Assembly: GCA_963717505.1 (NCBI GenBank)
Contig: OY970342.1
Location: 1-64,000, forward strand
Source: Candidatus Eiseniibacteriota bacterium
GTDB lineage: Bacteria > Eisenbacteria > RBG-16-71-46
Direction of reading: 5' to 3'
Length of the DNA: 64,000 bases
Shown: positions 48,795 to 58,864 of the stretch, piece by piece
Layout of the letters: the number at the start of each line of letters is the position of its first letter
Numbering within the stretch: position 1 is the first letter of the stretch
Translations under genes and position numbers: made by a program
The notes under the pieces: generated by a model
The model's input: only the letters and a program-made list of their open reading frames with translations
Database searches by the model: none
What the model was told of the DNA's origin: nothing

Positions 48795-50074
48795 GGGATC
48801 CTCAACTCCTCGGCAGTGTGTCGTTCGACCAGTCCTCGCACCGACTCCGCTTCGCGCGCCAGGGTAAGCGCCCCTCCACGCACCACCACCTCCGCGAGTC
48901 TCCCCCGCCCGTTGTAGTTGGATGCCATCGCGGCGCCATAGGCGCCCGTGTCCAGGAACGCGACCCAATCGCCGCGTTCGAGCGGCGGCAGCGCGACTTC
49001 GCCATCGAACACATCGGCGCTCTCGCACACCGGGCCGACGACCGCGGCAGACTCCGCGGCACCCTGCCGCGGCGCCACCGGCACGATCCGGTGCCGTGCA
49101 CCGTAGAGCGCCGGGCGAATGAAATCGTTCATCCCCGCGCCGACCACGACGAAACGCCTTCCGTTTCGCTTCTTGATCCACAACACCTCGGTGACGACGA
49201 TGCCGATGGTCGCCACCATCCAACGTCCCGGCTCGAAAACCCATTCGAGGTCCTTTGCCTCGGCCATCGCTCGCGCTGCGTTCCGTGCGGCATGGGACTC
49301 CAATGGAAACTCGCTGGCGCCCGTGTAGTCCACGCCAAAACCACCGCCCAGGTTCACGAAGCCCAGGGGCCCGCCGCGCGACGTCGCCTCGCGACGAACC
49401 TCGAGCACGAAGTCCAGCGCTCGCTCGAGCGCCGAGGGATCCACGAGCTGCGAGCCGACGTGTACGTGGATTCCGTCCACGCGCAGGTGGGGCCAACGCT
49501 GTCGCGCCGCCCATGCGTCGAGCGCCTCGGCCGCCGTGATGCCGAACTTGGCTTCGTCGTGTCCGGTCGCGACGTAGTGGTGCCCCGGCGTCTCGATTCC
49601 GGGGTTCACGCGCAGCGCGACGCGCAACGGAGCGCCGCCCGCGGCGGCGGCCGCCTCGTTCAAGAGATCCAGCTCGCCGACATGGTCGGCATTCACCGAA
49701 TGAATGTGTCGCGTGGCCGCCCAGCGCGCCTCCTCGGAAGTGCGGCCGTTGCCGTTCAGGATCACTTGGCCGGGCGCGAAGCCTGCCGCCGCGGTCATTT
49801 CCAACTCGCCCAACGACCCGGCGTCCGCGCCCAGGCCGGCCTCGCGGACGCACTCGAGGATCGCCGGCAGTCCGTTGGCTTTGGTGGCATACGCGATCGT
49901 CGGATCGAGGCCGGTGAATGCCGAGCGAAAACGGCGGGCGCGCGCGCCGAGCGCATCCAGGTCGTAGAGGTAGAACGCATGAACGTCGGGATCGCGCCGG
50001 CGCAAGGCTGCGATCGCGTTTGCGACCGACACGCCGCCGTGAAGGATCCCGGATGGTGTGTGGGCGGTGGTCAT
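48791..50074 (-). CDS. lysA: Diaminopimelate decarboxylase
   Basis: PLP lysine YATKAN, plus LRVNP, KFG, HVHVGSQ, GGG, EPGR, CESAD and MASNYN. Confidence 0.9.
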   Translation of the reverse strand: MTTAHTPSGILHGGVSVANAIAALRRRDPDVHAFYLYDLDALGARARRFRSAFTGLDPTIAYATKANGLPAILECVREAGLGADAGSLGELEMTAAAGFAPGQVILNGNGRTSEEARWAATRHIHSVNADHVGELDLLNEAAAAAGGAPLRVALRVNPGIETPGHHYVATGHDEAKFGITAAEALDAWAARQRWPHLRVDGIHVHVGSQLVDPSALERALDFVLEVRREATSRGGPLGFVNLGGGFGVDYTGASEFPLESHAARNAARAMAEAKDLEWVFEPGRWMVATIGIVVTEVLWIKKRNGRRFVVVGAGMNDFIRPALYGARHRIVPVAPRQGAAESAAVVGPVCESADVFDGEVALPPLERGDWVAFLDTGAYGAAMASNYNGRGRLAEVVVRGGALTLAREAESVRGLVERHTAEELRIP

Positions 50075-50703
50075 TTCGCCGGCCCGCGCGACGATCGCCG
50101 CGCATCGGCCCGGTCGCCGCTCGCGAGGAGCCGCCGTTCGGCTTCGGCCAAGTCTGCGGGTGTGTTCACGTTCAGAAACACCTCGATGCCACCCTCCCAC
50201 GTTGCGATCTCGTCCTCGGGAATCACGAGCGCGCCCAGCGCCTTCACCGCTCGGGTGATGGCCTGGGTCTCGGCCGCGTTCCGCGCGATCGCCTCGCCCG
50301 CGTCGGGACCATACGCCGCGGCCAGCGGCTGAAGCACGCCGCCCGGCGCCGGCAGCGCCACCATCGCGTCCCCGCGCGCCGTGGCGATCGCCCGTACCGT
50401 GGACGCGCGCATCAGCGGAAAGTCGACACCAAGCACGAACGCCTCGCGATTTGGCCGCGCCTGCAGCGCTCCGACCACGCCGGCCAGGGGACCGTTCAGG
50501 CCAGGAACGTCGGCGACACGCAGTGCACCGGGCACCGGCAAATCCAATGACGTCGGAGCCGCCACCAGGACTTCGTCGCAACACTCGTGGAGCAGCATTC
50601 GCGCACGCTCGAGCAGCGTGATGCCGCCTACCTTCACCAGAGCCTTCGGAATTCCCAGGCCGAGCCGTTCGCCCCGACCACCCGCGACCACCACGCCGAC
50701 CAC
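50071..50703 (-). CDS. mobA: Molybdenum cofactor guanylyltransferase
   Basis: Motifs VAGGRGERLG..KA, GPLAGV, VDFP, QPLAA.Y and FLNVNTP.DL. Confidence 0.85.
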   Translation of the reverse strand: MVGVVVAGGRGERLGLGIPKALVKVGGITLLERARMLLHECCDEVLVAAPTSLDLPVPGALRVADVPGLNGPLAGVVGALQARPNREAFVLGVDFPLMRASTVRAIATARGDAMVALPAPGGVLQPLAAAYGPDAGEAIARNAAETQAITRAVKALGALVIPEDEIATWEGGIEVFLNVNTPADLAEAERRLLASGDRADARRSSRGPAK

Positions 50704-50704
50704 C

Positions 50705-51706
50705 TCAGTACCCGGCCCGCTTGTCGACCACGTTCTCGAGTGGACGGCCCGCGAGATAGGCATCGAGATTGCGCTCGAACAGTTCCATCGCGCGCTCCCA
50801 ATAGCGCGGGCCCAGTCCCGAAACGTGCGGGGTCACGATCACCTGCGGCATCGCCCACAGGGGGCTCTCCGCCGGCAAGGGCTCGTGCTCGAACACATCC
50901 AATGCCGCACCCGCGATGCTCCGGGATTCGAGTGCTGCGATCAGCGCGGGTTCCTCCACGAGCGCGCCGCGACCGATGTTGATGAGCACGGCACTCGGCT
51001 TCATCCGCGCCAGGCGACGAGCGTCGATCATGCCGCGCGTGTCCGCGGTCAAAGGCGGCGCCAGCACCAGCCAGTCGGCGGCTGTCATCAGCTCGTCGAG
51101 CCGATCGAGTCCCCATTGCGCATCGGCCGGCGCGGGATCGGCCGAGGGATGGCGGCGCACGGCGAGCACTCGCATGCCGAGTGCTCGCGCCCGCACGGCA
51201 ATAGCGCTTCCCACCGAGCCCAGTCCGACCAAGCCCATCGTGGTCCCCGCCAGTTCGCCGATGGGCGGGTCGCTTCGCCACAGGGCATCAGGAATCCAAG
51301 TGCGATCCCGCTGCGCATCGCGCGCCAGGTGAAGCTTCCGGACGAACGCGAGGATCACGCCGATCGTGTGCTCGGCCATCGCCACCGAGTGCATGCCGCG
51401 CCCGTTGGTGAGCACCACGTCGCTCGCCACCAGCTCGGGGAACAGCAGCGGACCGACCCCGGCGGCCGAGACGTGGATCCATTTTAGCCGGCGGGCGGCC
51501 GCGAAGTTCTTCGGCCGCACCGCCCAGCCGAGCACGATGTCGGCTTCCGGAATCAAGCGATCGGCCGTCTCTCGGCTTTCCGCCGAGGAGAACCGGACCG
51601 TCGGATGGCTCGCGCGCAGCCGATCGACGGCCGAGACCGGCAGGATCCAGACCCCTTGATCGTCGCGGAGGTACTCGAGGACGTGGAGCGCGCTCACGGG
51701 GCGCAT
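50705..51706 (-). CDS. D-2-hydroxyacid dehydrogenase
   Basis: Motifs GLGSVG, INIGRG, ALDVFEHEPL and TPHVSG. The start position is uncertain. Confidence 0.88.
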   Translation of the reverse strand: MRPVSALHVLEYLRDDQGVWILPVSAVDRLRASHPTVRFSSAESRETADRLIPEADIVLGWAVRPKNFAAARRLKWIHVSAAGVGPLLFPELVASDVVLTNGRGMHSVAMAEHTIGVILAFVRKLHLARDAQRDRTWIPDALWRSDPPIGELAGTTMGLVGLGSVGSAIAVRARALGMRVLAVRRHPSADPAPADAQWGLDRLDELMTAADWLVLAPPLTADTRGMIDARRLARMKPSAVLINIGRGALVEEPALIAALESRSIAGAALDVFEHEPLPAESPLWAMPQVIVTPHVSGLGPRYWERAMELFERNLDAYLAGRPLENVVDKRAGY

Positions 51707-52022
51707 CGTGCCATAGGCGGGGATGGAGGTGGAGTTCTCCAAAGGCCCCGAGCACCAAGGACTTCAGGAGGCCGACTCCACTCGCGGGTTACGCCGGAAA
51801 GAATTCTGGGTCCGTTTTGTTCGCCCGCGAGTATCCTCCCGGCGCCCCGAACCCAACAGGGCCGTCATCACCAAGCCCGGTAAGGAGGTCGCTAGAGACG
51901 CAGGCAGAAAGGGATCCGCGCCGCCCCTGATTGCGACCCATCGGTTCAGTTCGTCTCTCGTCTAGCTTCGTGGGGCGGCACACGTGTTTCCACCGTGCTG
52001 CACGCACGCCACATGGAGCAAG

Positions 52023-54068
52023 ATGATGAAAAGGCCGCTTGTTGCACTACCGCTCATTGCCTTGATGTTCGCGCTGTCCGGTCCGACATTGGGGTCACCG
52101 GCACACGCAGCGCAAGCCGTTAGGAGCGTCGCGGTTGGAGCGATCACACGGACCTACACCCTGGACTCCGATTTCGACGAGGGCTCGCTCCTGAACGTGA
52201 ATCACGAAAGCCCCAACAACGACCAGCTTCAGCTCAATCAGTTTACCGGGCCGCTGCCGTTCATCAATGTCGCTTGCTCGCAGCGTGGAACGGTTGTTCG
52301 GATTGACATCGAGACCGGCGCCATTCTGGGCGAGTACCTCACGGCCCCGACCGGCATGAACCGCAACCCGTCGCGGACCACCGTGGACAAGAATGGCAAT
52401 GTCTGGGTTGCAAACCGCGACGAGATCGGACTCTCGGGCGGTCAGAACAAGGGGTCGATGGCTCGAATCGGGGTCATCATTGGCGGCACGCGCTGCGACG
52501 CCGACGGGACGCCGAATTCCAGCGGCCAATATCTAAAGCCACCTTTCACGTACAGCACGGTTGCCGATCGAGATGGGGACGGCCTGATCAAGACCTCCTT
52601 TGGCCTGGGGAACATTCTGCCCTGGACGAACGCGGGTGGGATGAACACACATGGAGGCGTCTCGACGGCCGAGGACGAGGCGATCATCACCTACACCCGA
52701 GTCACGGGCACGAACACCCGGACCCTGGCTGTCGACCGATGCAACGACGTTTGGGTCGGTGGAACCGGCGACTTGGATCACGAAAAAGTGAACGGATTCA
52801 CCGGGCTGCCCGTGCCTGGAACTCAAGTCAATCTCGGCTGTGGCGGTTATGGTGGCCTGATCGACGGGAACGGTGTTCTATGGTCCGCGGCCCGAATCGC
52901 CAGTGGCCTGATGCGACTCGACGTGAACTCGCTGTCGGGGACATGCCTGGGCAGCGATTGTGGGGACTATGGCCTCGGAATCGATCCCAACACCGGGAAC
53001 ATCTGGTACACCGATTTCAGCGGCAGCGCGGTCGGCGTCCTGTCCCCGGCCGGTGCCTGCCTCGCGACATTTGGTCACGGTGAGCCCAGCGCCCAAGGGA
53101 TCGCCCTGGACGGCAGCGGCAACGCATGGGTGGCGCATTCCATAGACGGTCCCTCGACTACAGTCGGCCACCTGAGAACCGACGGGACCTTTGTGGGCAA
53201 CGTGAGCCTACCGGGAGGAAGCGGACCGACCGGCGTCGCAGTGGACGGCAACGGCAAGATCTGGGTCACGAACTTCAATTCGAGCAACGTAATGCGAATC
53301 GATCCTGGCGCCGGCGGCATTGGCGGCGGCGGGTTTCCTATTGGCGCAGTCGACCTAACCGTGGACCTTGGCTCGGGAGCGGGACCCTACAACTACAGTG
53401 ATATGACGGGCTTCGTTTCAGTCGGCGCGACCTCACCCTCGGGCACGTGGACAGTCGTGCATGACAGCGGAGCGCTGGCAGGCTGGGACGGCGTGAACTG
53501 GACCGCGGACTACCCCGAGCCTGCTCCTTGCGACGCAAGAACGCCGCCGCCGCCACCAAGCGTGGGCGTCGAGGTACGCGCCGCCAACGAGCAGGCCGAT
53601 CTGCCCAATCATGCTTTTGTACAGGCTGCCAACGGCGGCGCCATTGCGGGGGTGGTCGGACGATATCTCGAGGTCCGGACAACGCTATCGCGTCCCGCCA
53701 CGGACAGTCCCTCGCCCGTTCTTTCGGACCTGACGATCATCGGTCATCTGATCGTAGGTGACGTGCCACCGGGCGCTCAGTCCAGAAAGCTTTCCCTCAG
53801 CCTTACGAACAATCCTCTGCCGGTCGGGAGCGGGAAGATGGGGATCCGCTTCGCGCTGGAACGCGCCGGGCATGTTGAGCTGAGGGTCTTCGACATATCG
53901 GGGCGCGTCCAACGGACGCTGGCGGCGGCAACTCTGCCACCCGGAGAGCATTCGGTCCTTTGGGATGGGACAGACGCAATCGGACAAACCCTTTCACCGG
54001 GAATGTACTTTGTCCGTCTGCGGGCAGAGAACCAACAAGAGGTCGCGTCAGCGTTGCTGCTGAAGTGA
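52023..54068 (+). CDS. Secreted NHL/Vgb-like beta-propeller protein with a C-terminal FlgD-Ig/T9SS-like sorting domain
   Basis: Signal peptide. Repeated (G/T)xAVDxNG(N/K)(V/I)WV units and a DRDGDG Ca-binding-like motif. C-terminal LRVFDISGR..RTL...WDGTD..G....PGMYF.RL...LLLK. Confidence 0.75.
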   Translation: MMKRPLVALPLIALMFALSGPTLGSPAHAAQAVRSVAVGAITRTYTLDSDFDEGSLLNVNHESPNNDQLQLNQFTGPLPFINVACSQRGTVVRIDIETGAILGEYLTAPTGMNRNPSRTTVDKNGNVWVANRDEIGLSGGQNKGSMARIGVIIGGTRCDADGTPNSSGQYLKPPFTYSTVADRDGDGLIKTSFGLGNILPWTNAGGMNTHGGVSTAEDEAIITYTRVTGTNTRTLAVDRCNDVWVGGTGDLDHEKVNGFTGLPVPGTQVNLGCGGYGGLIDGNGVLWSAARIASGLMRLDVNSLSGTCLGSDCGDYGLGIDPNTGNIWYTDFSGSAVGVLSPAGACLATFGHGEPSAQGIALDGSGNAWVAHSIDGPSTTVGHLRTDGTFVGNVSLPGGSGPTGVAVDGNGKIWVTNFNSSNVMRIDPGAGGIGGGGFPIGAVDLTVDLGSGAGPYNYSDMTGFVSVGATSPSGTWTVVHDSGALAGWDGVNWTADYPEPAPCDARTPPPPPSVGVEVRAANEQADLPNHAFVQAANGGAIAGVVGRYLEVRTTLSRPATDSPSPVLSDLTIIGHLIVGDVPPGAQSRKLSLSLTNNPLPVGSGKMGIRFALERAGHVELRVFDISGRVQRTLAAATLPPGEHSVLWDGTDAIGQTLSPGMYFVRLRAENQQEVASALLLK

Positions 54069-54098
54069 TGAGCCCAGAATCGGGGCTGTTCTTCTTCT

Positions 54099-54123
54099 GC
54101 GGCCACCCCACAAGGGTGGCCGC
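54099..54123 (+). terminator. GC-rich hairpin downstream of the secreted protein gene
   Basis: GCGGCCACCC-CACAA-GGGTGGCCGC, preceded by a smaller AGCCC/GGGCT hairpin with a T-rich tail. Confidence 0.4.
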
Positions 54124-54218
54124 GGCTCATTACGGTGACCCCTTGCAACTCCGCCCTAACCCCGGATAGAGTCGCGCGCTCACGTTTCCCACCGACCGGC
54201 GGAGGATCCGTTTCCCCG

Positions 54219-55085
54219 ATGATGACCCAAGCCGCGCGTGTTTCGTTCGGCCTGATTGCGCTCGCATTCCTGGCTTCGGCCCTTCCCGCCCAGGCCTCGA
54301 GCCCGTGGCTTCTCGGCAAGGGCGAATTCCACAGCGAATTCCTCGGCAGCTTCCTATCGAGCGACACGTACCACGACGACACCGGTGAGCGGCCCGACCT
54401 GGGCGGGACCTACGAAGCTCGAAAGGTCGCCAACTCGACGCAGCTCGGTTGGAAGCGCAAATGGACCTTCCGCTTCGACGTGCCGTTCGAGAGCAACACG
54501 TTTCAGGAGCCCGGCACCGAAGGGATGACCCAGACGGGTTTGTCGGATCTCCTGCTCGGAGCCCGCTACGGCCTGATGGAAGGATCGACGGCGATGGCGA
54601 TCGAAGTCGCCTGGCAGGCGCCGCTCGGCTACAACCGGGACTATGTGCCGCCGCTCGGCGATGGGCGGCAAAGTGCGATCGGCATGCTCCACGCCGGCAC
54701 CACGCTCAGCGGGCTCAACGGATTCGTCCAGGGGGCGGGCGGGTATCGCGCGCGCATCGACGGCTTCGCCGACACCGATCCCGTGCAGAACGACGTCCTG
54801 GCTTCGGCCGACATGGGATTCTGGATCGGCGCTTCGCTGATGATCGCCGGCAGTTATCGTGGCCGGATCGAATCGTCCGATGCCGAGTTCCCGATCACGG
54901 AGCATCTGGTCGGGCCACGCATCACCTACCGCGTCGACGACTTTCTCGACGTCTTCGCCGGTTCGATGCACACGATCTCGGCGGAGAACGCGCTTCACCA
55001 GAACCAGTACTTCGTCGGCTTCGCAACCAAGAGGACGCAGCTCGATCGACTGAAGGGATTCTTGGGCAGCAAGCGCCGGCCCTGA
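54219..55085 (+). CDS. Exported protein, probable outer-membrane beta-barrel (transporter-like)
   Basis: Signal peptide ending AQA, then GLSDLLLGARY and amphipathic beta-strand periodicity. Confidence 0.55.
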   Translation: MMTQAARVSFGLIALAFLASALPAQASSPWLLGKGEFHSEFLGSFLSSDTYHDDTGERPDLGGTYEARKVANSTQLGWKRKWTFRFDVPFESNTFQEPGTEGMTQTGLSDLLLGARYGLMEGSTAMAIEVAWQAPLGYNRDYVPPLGDGRQSAIGMLHAGTTLSGLNGFVQGAGGYRARIDGFADTDPVQNDVLASADMGFWIGASLMIAGSYRGRIESSDAEFPITEHLVGPRITYRVDDFLDVFAGSMHTISAENALHQNQYFVGFATKRTQLDRLKGFLGSKRRP

Positions 55086-55089
55086 GCGC

Positions 55090-56937
55090 GTGACCGCGGG
55101 CTCCGGCCCCGCGGCGGGTTCCCGACTCAGGCGCCGCGACGGGTCCCCGGCCACTCGCTCCGACGGGTCCGGCACGTCGGAGACCGCTACGAACCGCGCG
55201 CTGCGATCCCGTCTCTTTCCGTACCTCGACCGCTACCGACGCGGCCTGCGCTGGGGCGTGATCGCGGTAGTCCTCACCAACATCGTCGCGCTGATCCAGC
55301 CGCAGGTGCTTCGGCTCGCGGTCGACGACCTCTATCGCGGCGTCACCGCCGAGAAGCTCGGCCGGTACGCCATGGAGCTGTTCGCGATCGGCTTGGTCGC
55401 CGGCGTATTCCGATACCTGATGCGCCAGTCGGTGATCGGGATCTCTCGACACCTCGAATACGACCTGCGCAACGACCTGTTCGCGCACCTGCAACGCCAG
55501 CCGCTCCAGTACTTCCAGCGCGTCCGCACCGGCGAAATCATGTCGCGCGCCACGAACGACTTGGCGTCGGTCCGCATGATGCTCGGCCCCGGGGTGATGC
55601 AGGTGGTCAACACGTTCACCGTGGCGGTGATCGCACTCGGGTTCATGATCGCGATCAGTCCCAAGCTGACCCTGATTTCGATCGTGCCGCTCGCCCTGAT
55701 CTCGATCACCGTGGGCGGCTTCGGCGGCGCGATCCACCGTCGTTTCGAGGAGATCCAGGAGCGCTTCGCGCGGATTTCCGCGCAGGTCCAGGAAAACCTG
55801 GCCGGAGTGCGGGTCGTGCGCGCCTTCGCCGCCGAGGACCGCGAGGTCGACGCGTTCCGCGAACTCAATCGCGACTACCTGGAGCACAATTTGTCGCTGA
55901 TCCGGGTTTCGGGGCTCTTCCACCCCCTGCTGACGCTGCTGGCCGGCGCGGCGGCGCTGGTCGGTCTCTATCTGGGCGGCCGCGAAGTCATGGACGGACG
56001 GATCACGCTCGGCGAGTTCGTCGCGTTCACCGTGTACCTGGGCATGCTCAACTGGCCCGTGCAGGCGCTCGGCTGGGTCGTGAATCTGTTCCAACGGGGA
56101 TCCGCTTCGTGGGGACGCATGGTCGAGCTGCTCGACGTTACTCCGGCCGTCGCCACGGCGCCGGGAGCGCGCGGCCCCGAGACCGTGACCGGCAGGCTCG
56201 AGTTTCGCGCGCTCACCTTCCGTTATCCGGAGACTTCGGAACCCGCGCTGCGCGATGTGAGCTTCGAGGTCCCGGCCGGCGCCACGATCGGCCTGGTCGG
56301 CCACACCGGCTCCGGCAAGTCCACACTCCTGTCGCTGGTGCCTCGGCTCTTCGATCCGCCGCCCGGCACCGTGTTGCTCGACGGCGTCGACGTGCGCGAC
56401 CTGGACCTGCACGAATTGCGGCGCCGGATCGCTTTCGTCACCCAGGATCCGTTCCTGTTCTCGACCACGGTCGCCGACAACATCGCCTACGGCGTGCCGG
56501 GCGCGGCCCGGAACCAGGTCGAAGCCGCCGCCCGCGCCGCACACATGGACGCCGATGCGCGCGCCTTCCCTTCCGGATACGACACGCTGGTCGGCGAGCG
56601 CGGCATCACGCTCTCGGGCGGCCAGAAGCAGCGCGTGACCATTGCCCGGGCCGTGCTGCGCGACGCCCCGATCCTGCTGCTCGACGATTGCCTCTCGAGC
56701 GTCGATGCCTCGGCCGAAGCGGCGATCCTCACCGAGCTGGAGCGCGTTCGCCGGCGGCGCACGACGCTGATCGCCGCCCATCGCGTGAGCGCCGTGCGCG
56801 ACGCCGACCTGATCCTGGTGCTCGAAGCCGGCGCGCTGGTCGAGCGCGGAACCCACGACGACTTGGTCGCCGCCGGCGGGCGCTACGCGCGGCTCTGCCG
56901 CGAGCAGCAGCTCGAGGAAGAGCTGGAAGCCTCATGA
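55090..56937 (+). CDS. ABC exporter, fused TMD-NBD (MdlA/YheI-like half)
   Basis: GHTGSGKS, LSGGQ and a degenerate Walker B (LLLDDC), with an N-terminal TMD. Confidence 0.9.
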   Translation: MTAGSGPAAGSRLRRRDGSPATRSDGSGTSETATNRALRSRLFPYLDRYRRGLRWGVIAVVLTNIVALIQPQVLRLAVDDLYRGVTAEKLGRYAMELFAIGLVAGVFRYLMRQSVIGISRHLEYDLRNDLFAHLQRQPLQYFQRVRTGEIMSRATNDLASVRMMLGPGVMQVVNTFTVAVIALGFMIAISPKLTLISIVPLALISITVGGFGGAIHRRFEEIQERFARISAQVQENLAGVRVVRAFAAEDREVDAFRELNRDYLEHNLSLIRVSGLFHPLLTLLAGAAALVGLYLGGREVMDGRITLGEFVAFTVYLGMLNWPVQALGWVVNLFQRGSASWGRMVELLDVTPAVATAPGARGPETVTGRLEFRALTFRYPETSEPALRDVSFEVPAGATIGLVGHTGSGKSTLLSLVPRLFDPPPGTVLLDGVDVRDLDLHELRRRIAFVTQDPFLFSTTVADNIAYGVPGAARNQVEAAARAAHMDADARAFPSGYDTLVGERGITLSGGQKQRVTIARAVLRDAPILLLDDCLSSVDASAEAAILTELERVRRRRTTLIAAHRVSAVRDADLILVLEAGALVERGTHDDLVAAGGRYARLCREQQLEEELEAS

Positions 56938-58817
56938 GTCACGACGAAGAGCTGCACGGCAAGGCCTACGACCACCGCCTGATGAGGCGGCTGCTCGGTT
57001 ACCTGCGCCCGTATCGCGGCGAAGTGGCAATCGCGGTGGGCGTCGTGATCCTCGACGCGCTGGTCGGCCTGGCCGGCCCGTACCTCACCAAGCAGGCGAT
57101 CGACCACGGCATTCGCCATCACAACCTGGCCTTTCTCAACGAAATGGCCGTGGTCTACGTATCGGTGCTGATCATCGGGTTCGGTCTCGGGTACCTGCAT
57201 CACCAGGTCATGCAGCGCGTCGGCCAGCGCATCATGCTCGACCTGCGCATGGCCATGTTCCAGCACCTCCAGCGTCTGCCCGTCGCCTACTTCGACCGCA
57301 ATCCGATCGGGCGGCTGATGACGCGCGTCACCAACGACGTCGACGTGCTCAACGAGCTGTTCACCGGCGGCGTGGTCGCGGTGATCGGCGACTTCTTCCT
57401 GCTGATCGGCATCGTGGTCGCCATGGCCAATCTGAACATCGAGCTCCTGGCCGTGGCTTTCTCCGTGCTGCCGCTGATCGTATTGGTCACGCTGACGTTC
57501 CGCGCTCGCGTGCGGCGCCTGTTCCGCGAGATCCGCTCGCGCCTCGCCAAGCTGAACTCGTTCCTGAACGAGAATCTATCGGGCATGAGCACCGTGCAGC
57601 TCCTGAACCGCGAGGCGCGGAACCACGAGGAGTTCCGCACGGTCAACGCCGCTCACCGCGACGCCCACCTGCACACCGTGTTCTATCACGCGTTGTTCTT
57701 CCCGGCGCTGGAACTCATCGGAGCCCTCGCGATTTCACTGATCGTCTGGTACGGCGGCCGCCAGGTCATGTGGGCGGGGATTTCGCTCGGCACCTTGGTC
57801 GCGTTCATCCAGTACACGCAGCGCTTCTTCCGTCCGGTGTCAGACATCTCGGAGAAGTACGGGATCCTGCAGCAGGCGATGGCATCGGCCGAGCGCGTAT
57901 TCGGCCTGCTCGACACTCCGGCCGATCCCGCGCTGGCGCGCTCGGCCCCGAGCGCGAGTGGAGCGACGGCGACCGCCGGTTCCGGCTCCGACGGACGGCC
58001 GTTCCGCGGGCGCATCGAGTTCGACCGCGTCTGGTTCGCCTACCGCGACGACCACTGGGTGCTCGAGGACGTCAGCTTCACCATCGAGCCCGGCGAGAAA
58101 CTCGCCATCGTCGGGGCGACCGGTTCGGGCAAGACCACGATCACGAGTCTCCTGCTCGGGTTCTACGAGCCCCAGCGAGGCGAGATCCGGGTGGACGGAC
58201 GGCGGCTCGCCGACTGGGACATTCGCGAGCTGCGGCGACACATCGGAATGGCCCTGCAGGACGTGTTTCTCTTCTCGGGGACGATCGGCGGCAACCTGGC
58301 CCTCGGGGAACCCCAGCCCAGCCCGGAGGCGATCGAGCGGGCGGCGCGGGAGGTGCAGGCGCACGACTTCATTCAGCGCCTCCCGGGTTCGTACCAGGCG
58401 CCCGTCCTCGAGCGGGGCGCCACACTTTCGGTGGGCGAGCGCCAGCTCCTGGCCTTCGCGCGGGCCCTCGCGCACGAGCCGCGACTCGTGATCCTGGACG
58501 AGGCCACCTCGTCCGTGGATTCCCATACCGAGGCCCTGATCCAGTCGGCGCTCCGGCGCCTCATGAGGGGTCGCACGGCCCTGGTGATCGCCCACCGGCT
58601 CTCGACCCTGCAGGACGTGGACCGGATCGTGGTCCTCCACCGTGGGCGGGTCCGGGAGCAGGGAACCCATTACCAGCTCATGGCCCAGGGGGGCATCTAC
58701 GCCAGGCTCCGCGAGTTGCAGCGCCTGGGGGCGACCCCACGGTCCCAGCCAACCGCGGACGAGGGAGGAACCGACTTCCTAAGACAATCCCTTGACGCAC
58801 CGATGAACCTGGCTTAG
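56934..58817 (+). CDS. ABC exporter, fused TMD-NBD (MdlB/YheH-like half)
   Basis: ATGA overlap with the first half. GATGSGKT, degenerate signature LSVGE, LDEATS and AHRLST. Confidence 0.9.
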   Translation: MSHDEELHGKAYDHRLMRRLLGYLRPYRGEVAIAVGVVILDALVGLAGPYLTKQAIDHGIRHHNLAFLNEMAVVYVSVLIIGFGLGYLHHQVMQRVGQRIMLDLRMAMFQHLQRLPVAYFDRNPIGRLMTRVTNDVDVLNELFTGGVVAVIGDFFLLIGIVVAMANLNIELLAVAFSVLPLIVLVTLTFRARVRRLFREIRSRLAKLNSFLNENLSGMSTVQLLNREARNHEEFRTVNAAHRDAHLHTVFYHALFFPALELIGALAISLIVWYGGRQVMWAGISLGTLVAFIQYTQRFFRPVSDISEKYGILQQAMASAERVFGLLDTPADPALARSAPSASGATATAGSGSDGRPFRGRIEFDRVWFAYRDDHWVLEDVSFTIEPGEKLAIVGATGSGKTTITSLLLGFYEPQRGEIRVDGRRLADWDIRELRRHIGMALQDVFLFSGTIGGNLALGEPQPSPEAIERAAREVQAHDFIQRLPGSYQAPVLERGATLSVGERQLLAFARALAHEPRLVILDEATSSVDSHTEALIQSALRRLMRGRTALVIAHRLSTLQDVDRIVVLHRGRVREQGTHYQLMAQGGIYARLRELQRLGATPRSQPTADEGGTDFLRQSLDAPMNLA

Positions 58818-58820
58818 CCT
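58792..58820 (+). promoter_or_regulatory. Putative sigma70 promoter for the XRE-cupin gene
   Basis: TTGACG, 17-nt spacer, TAGCCT. A GGGAGG RBS precedes the ATG at 58865. Confidence 0.5.
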
Positions 58821-58864
58821 TACTAAACGCATCCATCCTCCTCAACCCCTGCGGGAGGTAGTTC

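Noticed and set aside
55090-58817. Degenerate Walker B and signature motifs in the ABC pair as a sign of inactivation
   Set aside because: This is the normal asymmetry of heterodimeric exporters, with one consensus and one degenerate site.
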